Below are positions 12,076-23,387 of a DNA stretch of 64,000 nucleotides, in pieces (positions within the stretch are counted from its first letter, which is position 1; each line of letters starts with the position of its first letter). The notes under the pieces were generated by a model that made no database searches, was not told where the DNA came from, and saw only the letters and a list, made by a program, of their open reading frames with translations. The DNA is from Geosiphon pyriformis uo1 (Eukaryota > Fungi > Glomeromycota), in NCBI GenBank assembly GCA_016748015.1, contig JAAOMT010000436.1:114703-178702 (forward strand), in the 5' to 3' direction. The position numbers and the translations under genes were made by a program.

Positions 12076-12214
12076 GTTAAGAGAAAAAGGTGAGATAGCA
12101 AAAAGGAGGAGGGTTTATTTACTGTCACGAGTTTGGAACCTGATATGCATTACTAAGTACATTTAAGTACATTATTCTACAAAAATATTTGACAGTTTCA
12201 TTTTATGCTTTAAA

Positions 12215-14583
12215 ATGTCAATAACTATATTACAAAACTTTATTGGTGGCAAATTTGTGGGCACAAATGGGTCTGATGCCTTCATTGATAGCTTTAATCC
12301 CGCAACTGGTAAAGTGGGTATCAATTTCCCATTTAAAATACTTTCTTGGGCAGGAAAAAGATCGCCATGTGACCATTTTATTGCACTCATACATCCAACA
12401 TTAGGTTCACGCCCACATCCCTGATTCAGGTCCCGAAGACATAAATGATGCTGTAACAGCGGCTCAAACCGCATTTGGCTCTTGGTCGAAAACGTCTCGT
12501 ACCAAGCGCTCTGAAATCTTGAACCGAATTGCTGACATTCTTGAATCTCGACTGGTAGAATTTGCCGAAGCCGAAGTTCGTGATCAAGGAAAGTCTATTA
12601 CCTTTGCGACTAATGTTGATATTAGTAGATCAGTTTACAATTTCCGTTATTTCGCTGGTCATATTTTACACGCACAGGAGAAGGCTGGCCAATTGGATGG
12701 TCTAGCTATGAGTTATGTACAGCGATGGCCTGTTGGTGTTGTTGGATTGATTTCCCCGGTAAGTGGGGTAATTGTGAATTCTTCGGCTTGATTTGCTTTA
12801 TTTTAATCGCATATCTGACTACCTTTTGTCCTAAATTCAATTTCCAGTGGAATCTGTAAGTATTCAAAATTTTCATTAAAAGTTTGAAAAAACGTAATTT
12901 TACCTTTCCAAGGTCTTTAAAATTTTTAATTTATTAGCCCTTTATACCTCTTAACCTGGAAGATAGCTCCATGCATCGCAAGTAAATAAAGGGTTTTAAT
13001 TAATAAGCTTCGTTGGAGTATCATCATTAATAATTTCGATATCATTTTACATAATAGGTGGGAATACTTGTGTCTGCAAACCAAGCGAATTTACGAGTCT
13101 TACCGCTTATAGTGAGTTAAAATTTAACTCTCAATAATATCAATTTTAAGATTACTAAATTATTGCCTATCTCCTCAGTGCTCTGCTCGATTTTGAATGA
13201 AGCTGGACTTCCAAAGGGAGTAGTCAACATGATCTTCGGGACGGGTTTGTTTCATTATCCCATGTTTGCTCAGTGACATTAATCGTGAATTTATCTCGCT
13301 AACCACTTTTTAACTTATTTTTCAGGCCCCAAAGTTGGCGAGGCTCTTGTGACCCACCCGAAAGTTCCTTTGATATCTTTTACTGGAGGTTAGGAAGATT
13401 TAATTGTAATATATAGTTAGCTTTCTAACATATATCTAAATTAGGAACGGTTACTGGTCAAAAGATAATCACAAATAGCGCTTTGTATTACAAGAAGTTG
13501 TCTTTAGAACTTGGTTTGTATGTTAATCTCGTCTGCTAAATTATCAAGGATTTTATTTTTAACCACAAGTTTCTGTTTTTATTTAGGTGGAAAGAATGCC
13601 AACATTATCTTTGAAGATTGCAATTTTGATCAAGCAGTTGATACAAGTATTAGATCGTCGTTTGCAAATCAAGGGGAGGTAATTATTTTAGCTGGGGAGG
13701 TTTTTTACTCCTACGCTAACAACGTATTTTCTTTTAATAATGCGATTGCCACACTAGATATGTCTTTGTGGTTCCCGTATTTTCGTACAAGAAGGAATTT
13801 ATGAAAAATTCCTTCAAGAATTTATCAAGAAAACGCGTGCATTAATAGTCGGGGATCCGCGTAATCCAGAGACCAATGTTGGAGCATTGATTAGCAAAGA
13901 CCATATGAAAAAGGTTCTAGGCTATATAGAGTTAGCACGTCAAGAGGGAGGCGTAATTGAGTGCGGTGGAGATCGAAAGGTATTAGATGGTGATCTTAGT
14001 GAAGGGTATTTTGTTGAGCCGACAATTATAACTCGGTAACGACTTGTTTTTTGATCTTGTCACAAAAAAGACTGAAGGATGTCATCTCAAGATTTATTTC
14101 ATTTTTTTCTTAAAATTAAGACTTCCGCCTACGTCACGCGTTGCACAAGAGGAGATTTTTGGACCGGTACATTTACTTATATTTTTCTCAGGTTTATTTC
14201 CTCTCTAATATACTCGATTTACTACAAAGGTAGTGACAATTCATCCATTCACCACTGAAAGTCAAGCGATTGATTTGGCAAATGATAATCAATATGGTTT
14301 GAGCTGTTCAGTGTGGACAGAGAATGGGCGTAGAGGTCGTCGCGTTGCCGAATCGATACAAGTTGGAACCGTATGGGTCAATTGTTGGATGGTGCGTGAT
14401 CTCAGGATGCCATTTGGCGGAACAAAAACCAGTGGTAAGAGCTTGTTCTTTAATTTTAAGTGCTCTTGTAAAAAGTAACACCAAATTTTTTTATTAAAAC
14501 ATCTTCAAGGATTGGGTCGTGAAGGTGGTGATTATAGCTTGGATTTCTTCACAGAACAAAAGACGATTTGTCTAGCAGATTGA
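12215..14583 (+). CDS. ALDH8A1: Aldehyde dehydrogenase, ALDH8A1 / 2-aminomuconate semialdehyde dehydrogenase type, about 13 exons
   Basis: Spliced motifs ISPWNLPLYLLTWKIAP, CKPSE, FTGGT, SLELGGKN (catalytic Glu), NQGEICLCGSRIFV (catalytic Cys), EEIFGPV, WMVRDLRMPFGG, GREGG; stop TGA at 14581-14583. Confidence 0.9.
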
Positions 14584-14683
14584 AAAGCTATGCCTAATTA
14601 ATTCCATTCCCCCTAGTTTTTGTGATTTAATGTAGAATATTTATGATATTGGGTAAACCTGAACTAGTTTAATTATTGAAGAG

Positions 14684-15016
14684 TTAAATTTGTTGATTTT
14701 CTTCCTCAAGTTCCCGATTTTCTTTGCCCAATTCAGCTAAGGGTATAGTTGGTTCCCCAAATCCCCTAAATATTTTTTTAATAACATTTGGCTCAACAAA
14801 CATCCAAGCCTTTAGAGTTTCTAAATCTTGATAGCCACGTTCGATCAACAATTTTACTTTTTCTTCATCTTTTTCATCCCGATAAATATCATACAAGTCA
14901 CGTATATTATATTTCATCTTCCTTTGCATGTATCTGAAAGGAAATTCTTTGGAACAGACAAATCGCATTGCATTTCTGTAAAGGTGAAGAGCAGATGCGT
15001 TGGAAGGTGCAGTCAT
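14684..15016 (-). CDS. LYR-motif (Complex1_LYR) small mitochondrial protein, 110 aa
   Basis: Single-exon ORF with LHLYRNAMR near the N-terminus and YNIRDLYDIYRDEKDEEKVKLLIERG downstream, typical of LYRM proteins. Confidence 0.75.
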   Translation of the reverse strand: MTAPSNASALHLYRNAMRFVCSKEFPFRYMQRKMKYNIRDLYDIYRDEKDEEKVKLLIERGYQDLETLKAWMFVEPNVIKKIFRGFGEPTIPLAELGKENRELEEENQQI

Positions 15017-15212
15017 GTCCTAGTGTCTACGAAAATTTTTAAAGTTTAAGTTTTGCGCAATGCAGAAAAATTTAATTAGTAGATACCCAATCAACGACGC
15101 ATCCGACAGTGTTACAATTTTAACGAGAAATTTTTCAATTCAATATTTTATCACCCAAAATTGTTGATTGAAATCCAACATTTTCAAATGTACATACGAT
15201 TTGATTAAAAAA

Positions 15213-15928
15213 ATGGTCTTCTTAATATTGTTGGACCATGTGAGTTTGATGGCTCAGTTTTTTTGAAGAAACTCCTTGTTTTCAATTCTGGAAGTTAACT
15301 AACCTCAAAACGTTTTGTAACAAATATCACTTTACCTTAGACGAAAATATGGCTATCTATCGTGACGGCCTTAACGTTTTCTTATTTTAGAGACCTTCAC
15401 GTCGTGTACACTATTCTTGGGGCGATAACTACAACCCTTATTGGTATGTTTCCTGCGAAATCGATTTAATTTTGAGGCAAGGATATATGATTACAGTTAT
15501 TACTAATATTGATACTCCGCCACTGATTGATGCCATAACCATTAGCCAAAACGTTAAAGCGTGTGATACGTCAGCCACGTCCCTCTGAAACGCCTACCAA
15601 AACCAAAAATTCCAATTATGGAATGCCTTCTACACATTCTTCGTGCATAATGTTCTTTGCTAGCTATATATCGCTTCACATATTTGCAAATCATCTCGAT
15701 CTTCCTGCCGTACTTTTACTACTTTTGATCCTTTTAACTACCGCACTCTCAGTTGTTTGGTCACGTGTAGAATTAGGACATCATACAAAAGCACAAGTTA
15801 TTGCTGGAATGCTTTTGGGATGCTTTTGGGGTTGGAGTTGGGATGCAGGTTGGCGGATTTGGTGGTCACCATGGTTGGCTTCGAGGGATTTACATGAAGG
15901 ATTGAATGGTGAAAGTTTGTTAATTTAA
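15213..15928 (+). CDS. PAP2-family lipid phosphatase, dolichyl-diphosphatase (DOLPP1/CAX4)-like, 3 exons (15213-15239, 15341-15443, 15546-15928)
   Basis: Motifs C1 KRVIRQPRP, C2 YGMPSTHS, C3 SRVELGHHTKAQV plus hydrophobic helices; GT-AG introns keep frame. Confidence 0.85.
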
Positions 15929-16579
15929 AATAAAATATTTTTAAACCATTCAAAATTTTCGTATTAATCAATTGAAAACAGAAAATAATAAGATCATGCT
16001 CCATTTTAGCTATTTCATGCATAATATTTTTAAAATACTTTATTTGATTTATTTAAAATAGATATTTTTTTACATCAAAAAATTATAGTACAAATCATTT
16101 TTAATTTTTAAAATTATTTAAAATTTTGATTTTTTATAATATAAATTACAAATTTTATCACAACTTTTAAATAAAAAAAGTTTTTATTATTTTAATAACA
16201 ATTAAGTTTAATTTAAAATTATAGATTATATAAAAAGCTTTTTTTTATATTTTTATAATTATAACCAAAGCAAAAAGTAAAAAAAAAACCAATTACTATT
16301 TGTTTTTAATTAATAAAAACATAACAATATAAAAAATCTTTTTAATAATAAAAACAGTTAAACAATATTTTATAAGTGTTTTTTAAATAAAATAACAAAA
16401 CAGTATTTATATACTAAAAAAACATCTTTTTTTTAATTGTTTAAGATTTTTTAAAAATATATTAAAATAATTTTAATATTATTACTATTATAAAAAGCTT
16501 TAAAAATTAATAATTAAGTTATTATTTTTTAAAACTTTTATTATTATTATTGTTTAAATAACAAAAAAAATCAAAATCA

Positions 16580-19500
16580 AAATTATATTTCTTTTTTTCT
16601 TATATTTAAAATTTTCCAAAAAGCATATTTTATAAGAAGTTTTTTAGTTTTTAGTTTTTATATTTCACAATTTTCCAAAAAACAAATTTTTTTATTGTTA
16701 AATTGGCTGCTATTATGAGTAATATTGTATCTAAGAGAAAACCAGCCCAAGTTTTGGCTTTAAATTCAGTTAATAAAAGCTTAATTCAGAAGCAAAAAGC
16801 TTTCTTTAGCTAAGTAAAACATTTAAATAATAAGACAGATTTAGGTTTTGGTAGACCAGAACATATTGTTAGTCAGTTTGTTAAAATAAACACAAATGAA
16901 GATGCTCCTAAAGTAGTATTTTTTAAAGATAATAATAATTATAAGATAAGTATTAAAGAAGAAAAATAGTTTAATTCTAGAACTAATACCTCTAAAGCCA
17001 AATAAATTAATATTAGTACTGCTTTTGGCTTTTTGATTGGTTTTCTTAATTATAAAATAGATAATAATAAGGTTTTTCTTTCTTTTTATTTATTTATCTC
17101 TCTAAACAAAAAATAAATCAACCCAAAAATAACCAAAACTTAAGTAAAAGTACTTGTTAAAAAGTCTTTCACCTTAAACATTAATATTTTAATAATTAAG
17201 AGCAAATTAGTAACAGTTAAGACTTAATACATCAAAAAACTTTTTTCAATAATTAATAATTTTGGAAAGAGTAATACTTCCTTAAAATTTAAAGAAATAA
17301 TTAGATCGACATTTATATTTAAAAATAGTATAAAAAAATGATAATATTGAATAAAAAAAAGGGAGTAAAAATAAAAAATAATATTAAGAAACAAAAATTC
17401 TGTTTAGATTAATCTATGGTAATTAAAAAAATTTTCATAAATATGTTAAAAAAAATAATTGTTATTGCAATAACCAAATATAATAGAATAATGTTAATTT
17501 AATTACAACTCATTAGACTATAACAAAAAACTGTGGTAAAATTTACTAAATTGAGTTAAGTTGATCTGTTGGCATTAAAATAATTATTCTTAATTGGAAA
17601 AAATTCAATATGTATAGCCAAAACTATATAATATTTGGATGTTAAAAAATAATTTTAGGGCACCTTTGTTTACTTTGTCAATAAGAACAACAGCTTATGA
17701 TCTTGATGCTCTTTTAGATAAAGTTAATAGAAAAATTTGCATAATTAATTAATCATTTGAAACTGGTAATAGAATTTATTGTGTTATGATTGGCTTCAAG
17801 TTAAATAAGAAACTTGAATCTGCTTTTTATACAAAGCCAATTTTGAGTGATATTGGGCTAAAATAAATTTGATTTATTGTATAAAATGTGGACTTTTTGA
17901 ACATTTTTTTTTTGAGTATAATAGTTTTAGCTTCTTAGCTTTAGTTTTAAAAAAGATTTATAAAAGATTTATTTCAAATCAAAATTATCTTTAGCTTGCT
18001 TATTTTTATGTAAAAAAAAATGTGCATATTTCTTAATCTGCTGTCTTTAATAGCATGTTTTAGGTCTAAATAGTGTTTTCAATATCTGCTTTTGAGCTCT
18101 TTCTTTCTGGTGCTTTTTTTTTTGATAATAAAGTTCTTGATTTTTAAGATGCTTTTATAATTGGTAACTATTTGGCTTTTTTGGAGCTTTTATCTGACCA
18201 GGTGTCTAGTATTGTATACAAATTTAGTTGTATAAATTTGGTGCTTTTGGTTTTTTTTCTACCTGATCTCATTTCAACTATTATTAAGTTTGAATATGAT
18301 TTTAAATATCTTACAAACATTATTTTTACTTCTTTCTCTAGCAAAAACTGAAGCTTTAATAATAGATCCAAACAGTTCCAAAGTTTTAACCACCAAAATG
18401 AGCAGTCTAGAATTTAAAATAATAGCCTTTAAAATTTTTGTTAATTCAGTTTTAATAAAGTTGAATTAGTTGTGTTTTAATACAGATTCTATATTGCTTC
18501 TTTTGTCTTAATAACTGACTACATTTGGAAAGTTGCAATATGTAATATCAAAAAAATAAACAATTTGGCAAAACAGGATGATATTATTAAATAGCATAAA
18601 GATTCTGGAAATTTGATTTTAATATTCACTAAGACAAAATTAAAAAAGTAAATCAGACTTTGGATTAAAGACAAATTTGTTGACTTAAAAATTTTTGTAT
18701 CTGGTTTAAATGTTAGTTATCTAAATTCAAAAATAATAATAGTAATAAACAAGTGTTTTGCTTGGCATGTATATAAAATCTCTAAAATTTTCAGTCATTT
18801 TTTCTCACTTTATTTGTTGTTTAGCAAAAAGCAGTTAGTAATTATTCTGGATTTATATACAAATACTTCTCTAAAAATATGATTTAATTAAGCTAATAAA
18901 GTAAATTTGTGTATTGTCAAGGCAATTAATACAAGTTCTTATATAGTATTAGATAATAACTTCAATAAAAATGGAGTAAAGCAATATGTAAGTTTAAAAA
19001 AATGTCTTGATTTGAGTTTGTGCAATTCTATATTAAGTAATATGATTGCTAAGCTCCCAACTTAAAATAATTCTAGAGAAGTTAAAAAAACTATTAATTA
19101 TATTTTAGTTAGTAAACATTTTTTAATGATAATAATCAAATGTAAAGTTGGTAGTATTTCTGATTTTTTTAATATTAATTATTTAGCTGTTGTGGTTTTT
19201 TTTGGTTTAAGTGGTTTTTTGAATATGAATTTAAATACTGTTCAAAAACATGTCAATAAAAATTAATAGAAGTTTGGTTTTAAGAATGCCAATACTTCAA
19301 AATAGGTTTAATTTCAAAAAAAAATTTCAATTAAAATGTCTTAGTTATATAATGAGTTTTAGGTTGCTAAAGAGAAAAGTAATTTGAATATAATATGAAA
19401 TCTCATAAGATTATTTATAATTAAGTTAGTAAACAAAGTATTCTTCAAAAATTGGTTCAAAAATTTTAATAATTTTAAGAATAAGCAATCTTCTAGATAC

Positions 19501-22500
19501 TATAAGTTGGAAGTTTTAATTTTAAAAATAGTTAAAGTATTTTTTTCCAGAAATATTGTTGAATTTGATTGTTTTAAACAAGTTTGGTTAAGATTGGATG
19601 CTAATAATTCGATTGGTTTGTCTTCTCTGGTTAAAAACAAGACTAAGGCTAAAGTGGTCTTTTTTTATTTGTTAAGATTAAAGAAAAAATATTAGGAATC
19701 TAAGTATCAAAAATTTAAGACTAATAAGACAGCTGTAATTAAAAGCACAATCAATAAGAGAATGGAAAATTTTAGTTTAAATAAAAGCAGTATGATCAGA
19801 AATGTTTTGAAATAACTATTTTGGAAGATAGTTCTAAATTATCTGATAATTGAAGAAAAGCTAGTTTTGGAACTAGATAAAATTAAACATAAGATTGGTG
19901 TAATTATAAAAAATTGAACAAAAAGCATAAGGTTTCTTTAGTTCTGTTTAATTTATAGGCTTGTCAATATGCATTTTTGACATATATGGATAAAAATATC
20001 TTTTTTGACATAATAAGTGCTATTAGTAAAATAGATTTGATTTTGGTAATTGGTAGCCTGTTTAATGACAAAGCTGCTAATTTGTTTGATATAACTAATA
20101 AACTTTGAAAACATTGTGATAATATGATAATAAATTGTCTCTTAGTTTTGTTAAATGTTTATCTAACTTTTGGAGATATCTCAGTTCTTTGAAAAAAAGT
20201 GTGAATTTCAATAATCTCTAAGCCATATAATTGAAATAGTATTTTAATTAACATATAATTTATAGTACTAATTGAGACTGCCAAAAAAATTTTGTTCAAA
20301 ATTTTATTAGATCATATTTTATCTGTTTGTGATAAGTTTAATATTTTTTATGATAACAATTTTTCAGTCTTAAAAGATACTTCAATTCAATTCTCAGTAT
20401 TTGTTATTAGTTCTATTGTGGAGAATACTTTAGAAAAAGGGTAAAAGCTTTGGTTAGTTCTATAGAACATGTGTAAAACTTATGATTTAGTTGGGTGACA
20501 TCATTTAGAAACTAGTTTAAAGTAAATTAAAATATGTAACAAGTTTATTAACTTCTTTAAAAGCATACACAAGAACAGAGTCAACAAAATAATGACTGAT
20601 TTTGGTCTTTTAAATAATTACAGAATACATAATGAGCAAGATTAAAGTAAAGGCTTCTTATTACTTCTTTGAAAAAATTTTTATAATTTCTTATTGTGTA
20701 AAGTTAAGTATTAGAAGCATTTATGTAAATACTGAATTAATACTAATTTTGTGGTTAAAACAGATAGAATAAAAGTTAATAAGAGAAAAACTTTTTTTTT
20801 TGCAGCAAATGTTTTTATAGATAACACAATTTGGGTAGAAAATAATTAAGCTTTGACACAGTATATTTTGAATTTGGCTGATTAGTTTTTTAAAATTAAC
20901 AATATTTGTATTAACAATAAAAAAAACAGTTGTAATTTTCATAAACTAAGAAGTTATATTTGCTTTATTATATATTAATAATCAACTTATTTCTATTGTC
21001 AAGTATAAAAAATCTTACAAATATCTTGGGATTTTTTTGTTAACAGAGGGTATGTTTAAGCTGAATCTTACCAAGACATATTTAGACATCAAATTTTTTT
21101 CAAACATGATACTCAGAAAACTTTGTTAAATAAACAATTTTTATACTTAATTTTAACAATTTTACAATTATTATCAATTACTGAATACAATTTAGTTTTA
21201 CGTCTAAAATGTATATCAAAAGTGAGATATTATAATTAAAAAAAAGCTCAAATCAAAGACTAATTTGCCAAAAAAAATTTTCAATAAGGCTTTACATTAT
21301 CTATTATTGTATAAGCTAAAAATATTTGAGCAGTTTCAGACAAAAAGCAAGATGACTTTATTAATTTAGTTTTCTAATACAGAAAAAATTCTTGGCTATT
21401 TGTTTGTGCACTATTTTTTGGATTTACAAATTATAAATTGAATGCCAAGGAACCCAATACAATTTTCTGTTAAACTAAGAATCAGTCTTGTAAATAATTT
21501 TCTAACAGACATAATAAAAATTTTTTTGAATAACAATATTTCTTTGGCAAATAAATTATTATGTGCTTTTGTTTTTCAGATTGCTTTTTTATGTCAAAAA
21601 TTCTGGGTGGTTTATGTTACTTTGATGTAGTTCATCTTTTAAAGTAACTTAATATTGCTTTTAGTAATAGATTATTAAACAAATATGGCTTAATTATGAA
21701 TTAAAAAACCTTTTGTTATTAAAAGAAACTGAATTTAAAGAGCTCAGTACTGGCATAATTTGTAAAAGCTACTACTTATATAAGCAATCTTTTTGTTAAA
21801 CTTATTAAGTATAGCTCAAATTCTGGCAGTTCAGATTTTTATAACTTAAGTAAATTTTTAGATATTTATAAACATTTACATAAACTTTAAACAGAAAAAG
21901 TTAATGTTTACACTGATAGTTCTTTATGTAATTTGAGTATTATTAATGTGATAAGTAAAACAGCAGCATATTTTTTTGAGATTGGAGTAAATTTAGACAT
22001 AAAAGTTTCCAGCTTATTGTTTTCAATTTTATTAGAATTACAGGCCATTATTTTGGTTTTAAAATATGTTCTCTCTTTTTTTTTAATAGTTTTGTACACA
22101 AACAGTCAAGTTGTTATTGATGTATATATATTAGAACTCATATTGTTCATGTCTAATTTTTAAAATAAATGCTAAATTAAAAAATAATATATAGTTAACT
22201 TAGTTAAATTCAAAGATATTTCTATTAAGTAAATAAAGATTAAAAGACATTCAGAGAATACTAACAATAACAAAGTTAATATTTTTGTAAATGTTATAGT
22301 ACAGTCCTGTTTTTTTTATCTATTAATATACATAAAAAGTTTATTTCAACAGATTGTTTAGTTATTTTAGATAATACTTGGTATTTTGTTCACAATATAT
22401 ATTAGACAATTAATTATGCTTAATAAAAAGTGGATCCAAATATGAAAATTTTGTAGAATTTTTTTATTTGAATTATTAATTGGCACTGTATTGTTTTGGT

Positions 22501-23310
22501 ATAGCACTTTAATTCTTATATATTTTTTGGTTATACTAATAGTCTTCTATACATATTTAATAAAAGTAATTCATAAGAAATTGCCAACTGCAGTCAGAAA
22601 AAAACTTTATAATAAAAAATATTTAAATATGTTGTGTCTTTTTTGTGATAATATTAAACTGTCTGATTATGTTTTTATCTGTTCAAAAAATGCTTCAATA
22701 TACTCTGAAATTTAGTTAAATTACTCCAAATTGTATGTATCTTTGGTAAAATTTTGTTTTTTATTAACTTCTTTAGTATTATATACTTTCTTATTAGGAG
22801 TGTTAAATATCAGTATTTATAAAATTTTGTATAAAGAATTTGTTTTCAAAAATTGGGTTTGTAAGACAGCTTTTAGATTTGAGAATATAAAAAAAACTTT
22901 AATAGTAATATCTAATTTTATTTGCATTTAACTAATGCATATTATAATAGATTAAAGAATTTTAAATCAAAATATAAAATTAATATAAAAGAAAATAGTT
23001 TGGTAAAAGACATGGAGATTTTGCCTAAGATATACAATGATTTGTTTAGCTTTTTCTCAATAAAAGTAATTTATCTGCTTAGAATTATTGAATTATTTGC
23101 TATTAGTTTTGGATTGTATAAAGCTTGTCTATTTTTTTTAGGTTTAAATAATAGATAAAGAATTAATATAAATATGTAGTATAGTCTTGATTAGTTCAAG
23201 TAGCTGGTCATATATAGTAAGTACATAAGTCATATTTAGTTTGATTAACTTAGTTTAATTCTGTATATTAAATAATAGTTAGGCTATACTCATTAAATAA
23301 ATAAATAAAA
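16580..23310 (+). mobile_element. LINE-like non-LTR retrotransposon copy A, full length, extremely C>T/G>A decayed
   Basis: Colinear with copy E: 5' end, ORF1 ATG at 16715, APE start WKVAICN ~18525, RT ~20200-20830, RNase H VYTDSS ~21905, and the shared 3' UTR ending cattaaataaataa. Many stop codons. Confidence 0.85.
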
Positions 23311-23387
23311 TTAAAACAACAAAAATATTTTTATTTTATTTTTTAACAATATTACAATTAATTTTTTTAAAATATTAAAAAACAGTA

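Larger units (their letters stand above)
10397..12175 (-). mobile_element. Degenerate IS607-family element (TnpA serine recombinase plus TnpB/Fanzor2); ends approximate
   Basis: Both gene remnants lie in IS607 order and overlap. No terminal inverted repeats or TSD seen, as expected for IS607. Boundaries inferred. Confidence 0.75.

Noticed and set aside
12975-12990. Possible GC-AG intron in ALDH (gcaagt)
   Set aside because: The GT donor at 12982 gives in-frame KIAPCIASGNT, so no non-canonical site is needed.
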